From positions 24,861,504 through 24,925,503 of the forward strand of contig OZ037765.1 of assembly GCA_964035545.1 (NCBI GenBank): a stretch of DNA of 64,000 bases, written 5' to 3'. The position numbers were made by a program, and so were the translations under genes. The stretch comes from Bugula neritina. Lineage: Eukaryota; Animalia; Bryozoa. The notes beneath the pieces were generated by a model. It was not told the DNA's origin, did not search any database, and saw only the letters and a program-made list of their open reading frames with translations. Shown here in pieces: positions 29,901-40,590 of the stretch; within the stretch, counting starts at the first letter, position 1, and every line of letters starts with the position of its first letter.

Positions 29901-32900
29901 ATTAGTTGAGACAGCTGTTGATTATGTCAGATAACTATAATTTTATTGCTGCTTCAGTATATTTTTAAAAAACATTTATAAGCTAGCAACACAAAACTCA
30001 AATCAAACAGATTGAAAAGTCATTTATAAAACAACTACCGAACACGTATAAACAGTTTTTTTGGATAAGTGAAACCAGCGTATTCATTACCATTGAGCTT
30101 GAACCTGTGAGCTCTTTGGTTTGAGAGTTCAACACAACTGTTGGTTTGGTATACAGCTGAACATCATATAATTAATCATTGAAAACACAACAAAAAACTT
30201 GTAAATAACACGGGATAGAGCATTCTCTTAATAAGTCAATTGAGTGAAACATAAATAATACATATATTCAACTTGGCAAAGAACAATAACATTTCCTAAA
30301 AAGATGAAAGAGGGAAAGAAAAAAAACAATATTATATTATCAAGATACCTTGCCAGCTTGATCCATTTTCTGGATGTACTTCCAGTTCTCCAGGGATCCA
30401 GTCTGATATTTCTGAAACACAGCCTTGCATTTGTTCCACAGAAAGAGAGTTGCGTCCACCACCATGTCCAGATCCACATTGTCAGCCTTAACACAGTGTT
30501 GAAATATTAGCAACTTTCGGCTAAATTAATATGTTAAACAAAAGAGCATGACAATTGTTTCTATAGATCGATCTTTACATGCCAGTGAGTAAACAATTCA
30601 TAAATTATAAAATTCCAATCATACAAATATATGAGGCTAAGCAAAATTTTTTTCAGTTTTACACTAATTTTTTATACCACCCATGCATGTTAACGTGGCA
30701 ATATCTACCTGCTACTCTACCACACCAATAGACTGCTGATAAATTGCTATGCATACTACATTGAACTACATCATGTGATTATTTACACACAACTTTATAA
30801 AAAGATGTGTAAACAATGCACTTACTGTAACCATAGGAGTGCTTGTGAAAGAGTGAAGGACCTTGGCCAAATCCATCAAATCATCAACACTATCAGCTGA
30901 CTTGGTTTTAGCTGCAAAACATTATTTATAAGTACAACACACTTGCACAGATCTGTTAGTAATATATAATAAGATATTAAACATAATTTACTATACACAT
31001 ATATGTTAACTGTTACTTACAATTGAGAACACTAACAATATTAACAATACTAACTTAGTGCTCTACCAAAACAACATAGTATAGAAAATGTACTGCGGAA
31101 CGTAAGTTTATACTTCAGAGCATACTCGATATAACTCAATAATAAGTAGCTAGTAAATATTAAAAAATAAGGATAGAACATCTATGTAATCTATTCTTAT
31201 TATTCAAACCTACCAGGTGCATACTGCTATATATTTTACTAGCAAATATTAAAACAAATGAACAAAATATTTAAACCTCTTTTAAAATGTTACCAACTTA
31301 TTTCCTACTCTCTACATGCCTCATTCTGTGTGATTGCAAAATATTCAACTATCTGCTAGTAGATTTATTGTCGGAACATAAATAATTAGTAAGTTTGCAA
31401 ATTTTAGTCAGCTGAGCCCAACTTTCTTGCATATTGTAAGTCTCTATGGAAATACTAGATTAATGTAAAGGCACATTACACCCAAATGCAACTACAACTT
31501 ATTGAATTGCTAAATGTTTATCTTCCACATGCATGATTTGCTACATTTACCACTATTCGAAGTTTACTAAGCTAAAGTTTTTGCTAGAGCCAATATTTTT
31601 AAGCATTGTGTTCTAGCTTTTAAAAATTTTAAATGTCAGCATTTTTTAATACTTAGAGCTGCTGACCTAATGCAATGACTGAGGTGTCAGCAGCTGTAGC
31701 AGGAACAGTAGTCTTTCTCTTCACGGAAACTGAATGCTCAGATGATTCTTGCTGATTACGCCTTTCCTGCTTTTCCCGCTCTTTTTCCTTTTCCTTTTCT
31801 TTTTCTAACGCTTCCAACTCCAACTTCCGTCGATGACTTGGATTCAACTTTTGCATTGCAACAAGCAAAGCTATTTCTCTTTCCACACTTCTCAATGCTG
31901 GATGGTCGTTTTTCTAAACAAACCACAGGAGCTAATTTAATCAATAAAACATAAAAAAATTATTTTAGCTCTTTCAGTCTAATAGCAATCTTAACTTTAT
32001 TAAATATGTATCAAACAAAAGAAATTCTACAAGTAACATATTCTGCTAACCTTAATAAACTGTTTTATTGGATCAACCAGAGTATCAAACACATCCCAGT
32101 GTTCAAAACAGTATGCCAGTTTGATCAGTTTTACTACAGCCGACAATGGTACCCCATCCATACCAGCTGCAGCCATCTCCATTAGGCTTTGGTCTCTACA
32201 CACTCCTGGCATCTCTATCAACCCTGTTGTCCTGTTTGGTATTGTAACAGAACCACTGTTCGGAAGTGAGCCAGCACCACCTAAAGAATAAAAAGTATTT
32301 ACACTCTAACAATAAGCCAGTACATGAGATATTACTGTTCATGTGTGCTAGTATGTAGAATCTACAATCTGGTTAAAGCCTTGTTTGTAATTAAAAAATA
32401 TATTTTTTGTAAGGAAATGCTACAGTTTTTTTAAAACTAAACTTTGCATTTTCAGTTACTTATACATAAAATTGCTTTCAATATAATAATCAAAAACGAG
32501 CACAGGACAAAGTTAAGCACTGATCACTAACCGCATATGACCTCTTGAGCTGCCATAAAGAGTTCGGCATAGACATCGAGAGTTTCTACCTCCGAGTCAG
32601 GAGCAGGCGGCTGTGTAATCAGAGTCCTCTTGTTAGTGTCAGTGAGAGTCTCAATAATACAGAGGAACTGAGCAGCGCTTCCTTCAAACATGTCCACTAG
32701 GAGCTTCTCTGTTGGCGTACGAGGCCACGGTAGCTGTAAGTTGAAATCGCTTTTTAACAAACTGATGTATGCAATAACATTAAATGGTTTTATTGGATGA
32801 TTATTGCAATTCAATAACTTTAGGAAAATTGTCTTTACTTCATATCAGTACCTTACCATAAATATTGCAGCTTAGTAAAAGTAAAGTTGCAAGCAAATTT

Positions 32901-35900
32901 GTTTAATGATTTTTCTAAAATACGCAATTCTGACAAGCGCATGCTTGAAGTTAGTCACCTTATATCTGAACAGTTATGAAAAAATATGAAGTAAAATATG
33001 AATTTATAGACAATAAATTTAGAATTTTTATATACAAAAGACAACAGGCTACATTGTAGTCAGTGACACTATAAAATGTCTATATTCAACCTCAGTAAAT
33101 AAAAAGGAAAATAACAAGACATTAGCCTGGATCATACTCCTTATAACGAAGCACAGGCAATTTTGTTTGTTAACTTATATTTTCAGTGCACACTATGAAA
33201 ATTTATGTCATCTAAATAAAATATTATTTTAGCAAATATAACTAAAATATGTGCAAGAAAAAATTTACATTGCAAAACCATCGTCACTAAAATTTTCACA
33301 ATTTCATCACAAAGTCTTGTGAAAATGAAATTAGAAATCTTATGACATCTTAGTATTTTTACGCATTATATACTAACATACATAAACTGGTCTGTAATAT
33401 TGTCTAAAAACTCTGTAACCTCAATCAGCTATTACTAAAATTAGGTTACAAAATATGCACAGAATCAACAGTTTATCTTATAATACCTACGTAAGTATTA
33501 ACCCAGTATACTCTATCAAACCAGTATAAAATATTGATGGCCTTAAAATGATAATAAACCTCTAGATTCAAAGTCTACTACAATAATGTGAAAGCTATTA
33601 TGAACCTGTATTCAAGGCTTTTTTTAAAGCTGGTTTGAGTAAAAACCTATATTCAGTAGCTTGTTGAAAAACTGTATTGTTTTCTTTATTTTGTTAAATA
33701 AATTTGTTAAATTTCATTGATGTTCATTTATGCTGTATTATGTAAGTTTATAATTCCTGTTTTAGTAGATGTCATATACTGAAGATGTGCTACATGCTAC
33801 ACAGTGCACTGATACATCTCAGCTAATCAAATAATACGTGAGAAACAGGTGAAAACCATATTAATGTAGTATTATTACAGTGCACAAACTAAATAATAGT
33901 AGTGTGGAGTTACTACCTCTTTGACCCGTTTAGCTGCAGTAGAATATCTTATCTGTGATGAAAATAAAATCATCAATTTACAGCATTACTTTATATGCAG
34001 GCTATCTTTAGCAAAATAAAAATATTTTTATCCATTCTATTCAAACAAACACAGACTCATAATAGAGCCATCTGAGTAGTTAGCAGACTATGTCAAATAC
34101 TTACAGCATGAGCATCTTTTAGATTAGCTCGAGTCTTTGGCCTTAAAAATCCTTTGGGCTTCTTTCTAGACTCAAAAGCTGCTCGTTTAAACACCATAAT
34201 TGCCATCTAAACACATAAAACATAAGCATAAATAACCAAACATCTATTGTAAGTAAAACTTAGTTAGCTGAAGTATGTTTCGAAACCTCCTTACCTTGAT
34301 TGTTGCATGTCTAAAGATTTTTTCAGTTTGGCTGTTTGGTTTGGATTCACTTAAGTTTTCCAACTGGCTCAGTTCATTAATCTTCAGCAAGGCTCTTCTA
34401 GCAAATGCCTCTGCTTTGTCGCTGGCCATACAATCGTAGTAGCACTGGCAGATTGCGGTATACAAAGTAGTTCGCCATACCAGGTACTTCTTGCCAAGTA
34501 GCACTACAGATGTCTCCATGCACATGCTAGCCCAAAGTAAATACTCCACTACTTTTGCAGTGTGCCCATAAGCCATTAAATAACGACACACACTGTAGAT
34601 GTGCACAGTGCCTAAAACAATAAAACAATAAAAGATATGTTACATTTAGTATTTTAATTTTACAATGCAAAAGAATATAAAATACATGCTTTGGCTAACT
34701 TCAAACAATTTTAAAAGTTATTTTTATTTCAAAAACTTTTAAAAGGTAGTCAAATTAAATTCTAACAATAAAATCTTTTCGTAGCATTCCAGATCTGGAC
34801 AAAGCCGTTGCACCTTAACGCATAGGAAAAAGCTAATACTAAGAGCAGGCGGTAACAAAATATGAATACGTAAAACATTCAAAGTTTTAAAGGCTATAAT
34901 ATATAAGTAACATAAAATATTTTTGCATCATATTGTAATGTACATCAATTCAATAGTGTTTTACTACTACTATAACTTGCCATTGTATACAAGCCAGCAT
35001 AGATCATCTTTTGGCAAAATAACTTGGGTTACCAATCGCAAGAAGTTCATTATCCTTATACAAGCATCCACCGTCTCAGTGTTTTGTAACTTAGGATCAC
35101 CGTTCTTCACCACTTGAAACATGCAAATGGATTTTCCCATTAATGCTCGAAACTAAAATATTAAGTTAATAATAAGGTGCAAACATTAAAATAGTTAAAA
35201 TGGTAGAGTAGAATGCAATCTTACAGCAACCCAATTTAGTTAAAGTTGAAGTTTCTTAGCATTACCTGCATAACTAAAATGCATCAACAGCAGTGCAATC
35301 ATGAGCAATCTTGGGCTGACCAAGCATTTTCAACTGGTATAAAAAACTGGTTGCAATATCATTTGTATAACTTCTTGTAGCCAGTTCTTTCATAGTTCTC
35401 AACCTTTTCGTGCTTTGTTTTGCAAAATTTAATGGTAGTTTCTAATTTTTCAGTTTTTACAGTTTTAGCTAACAATAATAAAAATGCAAAACTTACAGTG
35501 TACCCTGCATTTTCAGCACCAAACCCTTTCGGAAAGTAAGTTGATTTGAAAAGATCAACATCAGTTATTTCATCAACTTTAACATCTCCAAACATATCAA
35601 GATATCTCGAGAAGCATTGGAAATCAGCCAGATTGAACTCCTAGTAAGAATAAAATTTTAATGTATTTAGTACCTATTTATCAAAAAAAGTTTACAATTT
35701 GTTTCTTAATGGGTATATATAACAAATGAAAAATATTTAAAACCTATATTGGTTGTTTGAGTAATCCACTATGTATCTCAATCTTATAAAACAGATTCAA
35801 AATGTCCAACAGCATAAAACTTTAAGTTATTCTTACCTTGAGTGTTACTAAAAAATCTGCCATCTCTATCACTTTTTTCTGATAATACAAGGTTGGCACC

Positions 35901-36614
35901 AAAGGTTCATATTTGTTCCACAAGTCAAATAGAACATCAGATCTAGCAGGATAAAATAAAGAGTGAAAATATAATTACAGCAGTCCTAAACTGAATTTAA
36001 AGTAGTAAGTGTTGAATGAAGTGTAAAATATCAGCAAGCTGTAAGATCAGTGAAAATATTTAACGCACATGCCAAGTTCAGGATGTAAAACATACTTTTC
36101 ACAGAACTTCATGTGTCCTTATCAGTCTAACTACCAAGCTGTCATATGAAACAACCAAGTGAAGACAAACCACATTACTGATTTGCAAGATTTCATTTTT
36201 AAATAACACACAAAAAGAGTTTACAGAAAAAATAACTACTGTAACCAAAAGCATGCATGTAATCATTTAATTTTATTCTTACTCGATTCAAAAATCACCC
36301 AAACACATTTTGTTTTAGTAAAAGTGATTTACATGATGGTGATGATGGCAAACAAAATAGAAAAAGAACGATGAAAATTGATTACTTTTAAGTTTAACTT
36401 ACGATCTTGAAAAAGATTCTTCAGCCGGCTTCTGATAGTTGGGCTGAGCCCTGGATTTCATATAATTAACATAACGACTAATTTCCTGTTCTAGTTTTTG
36501 AAAAACTGGATTTTGTTTCTCTCTTCCACTTCTAGTTGCTACTCCTAATCCATCATAATACGCACTAGGTAGTGGTTTGTTTGATGCTAAGGCTGCAGCT
36601 TTTGAAGACGACAT
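2993..36614 (-). CDS. CFAP54: Cilia- and flagella-associated protein 54 (central-pair apparatus protein), multi-exon; span includes introns
   Basis: ATG at 36614 (MSSSKAAALASNKPLPSAYY...). Exons recognisable as CFAP54 include WLVYNGTVHIYSVCRYLMAYGHTAKVVEYLLWASMCMETSV...WRTTLYTAICQCYYDC, LPWPRTPTEKLLVDMF, IPGPPILLSRTDTTMVFKPSPF and HELGNLQYHNSNLRAAYKWWCEAVD. Last exon reads IPFDITHGNIKSLERIFNPLYG...LLTWLVKAVPYSRMG* (TAA 2993-2995). Dozens of GT-AG introns; phases were consistent at the junctions checked. Confidence 0.93.
12334..12551 (+). mobile_element. tRNA-derived SINE, copy 1 (intron of CFAP54)
   Basis: A-box-like TGGTCTAGGGG and B-box GGTTCGAGCC. Flanked by 16-bp direct repeat CTACATATAGAA(T/C)AGA at 12318-12333 and 12552-12567. 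Homologous to copy 2. Confidence 0.85.
17296..17509 (-). mobile_element. tRNA-derived SINE, copy 2 (intron of CFAP54)
   Basis: Reverse complement starts GGGAGCAGCCATGGTCTAAGG...GGTTCGATTTCC...AAAGGCTATTGATGATGTAAGGAAGGATATTCAGTCATAATTGTTC, collinear with copy 1. Possible TAATA TSD at 17291-17295 and 17510-17514. Confidence 0.8.
18461..18769. repeat. 20-bp minisatellite (AATAAC[T/C]ATGACTATAGTA[T/A/G]), ~15.5 copies
   Basis: Directly visible tandem array with one 19-bp unit; each unit contains the palindrome ACTATAGT. Confidence 0.95.
20716..21470. mobile_element. Non-autonomous DNA transposon (MITE), 755 bp, CAC...GTG termini
   Basis: 23-bp TIR CACAGGATAGTTAAGGGCA(A/T)CCT with 1 mismatch; AAA on both flanks; internal direct repeat TTCAGTACCAGTAAAATA; no credible ORF. 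Confidence 0.8.
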
Positions 36615-36696
36615 TTTAAATACCAATAGCAAAATATAAGACCTAGTCTTGGTCGCCAAATATTGCGAACTTACAACAGATCATCTGTATCTGTAA

Positions 36697-36733
36697 GCCG
36701 CCATTTTGTCTTTGACTTGCGTTGCTATGCGAT
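36697..36733 (-). promoter_or_regulatory. Putative CFAP54 proximal promoter motifs: YY1-like AAAATGGCGGC and partial RFX X-box (GTTGCTATG)
   Basis: GCCGCCATTTT at 36697-36707 and GTTGCTATGCGAT at 36721-36733, ~85-120 bp upstream of the ATG. RFX is the established regulator of ciliary genes, but only one half-site matches well. Confidence 0.45.
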
Positions 36734-36747
36734 GTGCTATATAATTA

Positions 36748-36768
36748 TGATGATGATGATGATGATGA
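36748..36768. repeat. (TGA)7 microsatellite
   Basis: tgatgatgatgatgatgatga. Confidence 0.8.
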
Positions 36769-38071
36769 ACTCTTTATCGTAAAAAGAAAATAACTCTATA
36801 AAAACAGTAGATTGCATTGAAAAATGCAGCAATAATTTTTTTTATTGAATTAAACCTAAATCAAGAATATTTTACAGTAATTAAAGTGTCTTGAGTTTAA
36901 CAATTATAACGAGACAACTCCAGTGCGCACAGAGTACCATAGTTCAAAAGTTCAAAAAGTTAGCAAGCATACCACGCTGCCGAGAGCTAAAAAAATTTTT
37001 TTAGTAATAGTATTAGAACATTAAAAAATTATAAAAGACTATATAAACAAATCTTTTGTGCACGCTTCACAATCAAATATTTATAGAACACACATGGGTT
37101 TTCAAAAAAAGAGACAATAACTCCTTAAGCCGTTAGAATTTAAACTCGTGGAAGCACCAGTGATAACGAGCCCATGTACAAACGTTTCTCTTCCTAATTT
37201 AGCGTGAGATTGTGAATGCCACTAAATCAGTGACACTGGCTGATTCTGATAGTGATTATCCTTATAAAATTAAATATTTGTCATCATTTTGTTGGTAGAT
37301 TTGAGTTAGCCAGTCAATTCAAAATAATTACTAACCAATTTGAGTCTGTGTTGCCCCTAAACCGTTCTAATCAATCAATGAATTGACGTGCGAGTACTTG
37401 AATTTCAAGCTGATTAACTTGAAGTTCAAGTTCAATAGGCATAGCATTAGCTGCCAGTCATAGCCCATAACTCATAAGTATGACATTTATTTTTAAAGTT
37501 TAGCTTCAACTTGAATTTGAACTTCAAGTCAATCAGTCTCACTCAAAGTCAATAGTCAATACGGATATCTAATTTTATGTTATCATTATGATTATGATTA
37601 AACAGATTAATTATATATTAATCACTATAATAGTGACTATCAGTATCACCATGATTATTGATTATCATTATGATTATAATTTGAATTTATAATATTCATA
37701 TTAAATTTAATAATAAATATTATACTATACATATTAAATTTAATATAAATCATAAAAGATGTTTATATAATCTTATAATTATATGAACAATAAATTAGTA
37801 ATATTAACGATACTTCATTTTCATTTTGAAATAAAACTTTAGAATAATATTAATTGTTACTTATAATTATTTTTATATCATATTTATCATTATGATTATC
37901 AATATCATCATAAGCATTAAGTTAATAACTTATTATAGTTGATCAGGATTGGATTTGGTGATTATCATTAGGATCACATTGATCTTCACGGTTGCATTGT
38001 TACTATTATGCACTTGCAGGCAGTAAGTTTGATGACCTGAAAAGTAAAAAGGTATCATTGGCGTTATCAAG

Positions 38072-40149
38072 ATGAGTATTGCTGGGTCTAGTGATGCTGA
38101 TACGAAATCAACAGTTTGTGAGATCTGTACTAAGGAACTAAAGAAGTATAAATGTCCAAAATGTGGCATACTTTAGTAAGTGTTAATTTGTTAAATATAA
38201 AACTCAAAGTCAATTTTGTAACAATTGTATAGTATTGAAATGACAACAAAAGTTTATTAGATGGAATGTGAAATCTTTGAAAAACAGATTACTACATCTG
38301 TGGCCAGGTGAAAGCATTTGCATGATGCAGTAATTCATAGAATTGATAGTTTGAAACTTTGATTCAAGATGTAACTACTTATATTTGGAGGCTGACAGAT
38401 TTTCTTTTTCAAACTGACAATCATAGTTTGAAATTTACAAATAAGTGAGTGATCATATTTTATTTATCTACATGTCTCACCAAAACTACTGTAAATAATT
38501 AGCATAACTGAGCCACCTTTGTACTGAAAATTTATACCAAATTATTTCAATAATTGGTCTCATTAGAATTAACTTGTTTTAGAGTTTATTACTTTCCACG
38601 AATACCATGCCCCCATCTTTTTGATTAAATAGTGAAATTAGCAGGCTACCATTTATTTTTTCAGTTTACAAATCACAGAGGTATTTTTTTATAGTTGTGT
38701 CTCTGTAGGTAATACAGTTGTAACGTATTTTTTGGTATGTTTCTAGTTGTTCAGTCATATGTTATAAACAACATCAAAACACTGACTGTGGAAATCGCGA
38801 AGAGAATGCATCTATTTTTCAAGTTATTCAGAATCAAAGTCAATCCATAAATGAGGAACAGGATTCGCTATCCCCATCATCTGCTGGTGAGATTAAATTT
38901 GTAGTCTAGTAAGGTATTTTTGTTCGATTTGAGAGTTTCAGTTTTGCCATTTCTAATCAACAGGATATTTTTTACTCTGTACTATGTATTCAGCAATATA
39001 ATGTAGGAAGACAAACGCATTCAAAAAAGATTATTGAATACTTCTTGAGCATTCATGTGACACTTTTTCTCTGCTGTATTACGCGGTATTTATTTTTAGT
39101 GCATATTTCGTTATACTACATAGTTATATGTTCTGTAAGCCTCGAGTTTTCTAATGAAGTAGTAGAAGTTCTTGGTGATGAGGATCTCTAACTACACAAG
39201 CTAGCATAACTCGCTATGCCAAGAAAGATTCTTGTTAAAATGATTCAACATGGTTTAATTTAAGATTAAAGTGTTTGAGCCAGTACAATGTTATTCCTCA
39301 ACATGAAAATGTTAGTAATTTCAATCTATACCAGCAAGTTAGTACTGCAACTGTTTAAACTTGCTCAGCTGCAAGGGTTCAAACCATACTAATTTGGCAT
39401 GCAATTTTCTGTATTTTATGTAAGTATTTCATCTCAAGTTTTTGTCATCTATTTTGGCACTAATGTTTCACTTTGTTTTTTGGGAGTTACAGTTGAAGCA
39501 AGTATTATGATTCCCAATTGGAAAATATGCTAGGTCTCAATCCCACTGCCTTATATGCATTCTCCACGAACACTTGCCTACCTTTGATAATATATTTTTG
39601 TTTTGAGGAAATTTCCTAAGTAGTGCCCTAAACAATTTTGGTAGCATATCGAAAATTTATTTATTCTACCTAGCTTATAATCATATGACTACAAAACACT
39701 TCAATATTTACCTTCTCTCTTGTATAAATAAAAAACCTGTTGGGAATAGAGTTGCCTCAACTTAATAACTAATAAGTATATTTTTCAGGAAGCATTTCCC
39801 ACTATTAAAAAGTTTTTGTTAAGCCTCAGCTCTACTAAATTTGGGAAATCAATTATACCATTGCAGGTACTGGTTGGTTGAAAGTATTTGTGTGAGATAA
39901 TGTATGTTTAATTTAGAAGCTGAGCTGATAGAGGCTGGTGATCGAGTAGCTGTAGAACAGCTTGAAAAACTCTGTGAAAATGACAAACTCATGGAGTTAT
40001 TATGCAACAAACATCTTAGAGACTACTTGGTAAAAGTGAATAGCAATCCAACTAAAGAAATTGACAAAGCAATGAAAGAGCCTATCTTTCTAGAATTTGC
40101 TAACGAGTGTTTAAAGATGGTAGAACCTGATAGATTTCAAGTTGATTGA
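38072..40149 (+). CDS. ZNHIT3: Zinc finger HIT domain-containing protein 3 (box C/D snoRNP assembly factor), 3 coding exons: 38072-38175, 38747-38886, 39917-40149
   Basis: Spliced product MSIAGSSDADTKSTVCEICTKELKKYKCPKCGILYCSVICYKQHQNTDC (zf-HIT) ... DRVAVEQLEKLCENDKLMELLCNKHLRDYL...AMKEPIFLEFANECLKMVEP (ZNHIT3-type C-terminal domain). GT-AG junctions are in frame. Confidence 0.9.
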
Positions 40150-40590
40150 AATCCTTGTTTTAATGAGTGAATTCAAAATTTGGTACCTGTATAATTTATT
40201 TTTGAGACATGGAAATATTTTATTAATATTGTAAAACAATGAACATGCTATTATAATTTTAATGTTGCCATTACACAAATATATAGTCAAAATACAGCAC
40301 TAGCTCAATCACTGAATACATAGAGTTAACTAATGAAAAAAGAAAATTAGGCTATAAAATATATGTACAAATAAACATGAATATCTTTCCAACAGCAGGT
40401 TTGTTTGAGAGAAGTAGTAAAATAATAAATAACTTCATCACTGAACCTTGGTATGAATTAAATGAGCAAATATTTCACACCAAGTAGCTGGTATACAAAT
40501 AGAGAAGATTGTTAACACTAAGTTCAGAATGTTGAAATAATTGAAATGTATGGAAAAAAGACAGTCTTCGTCCCTCATTTCAAACATAAA

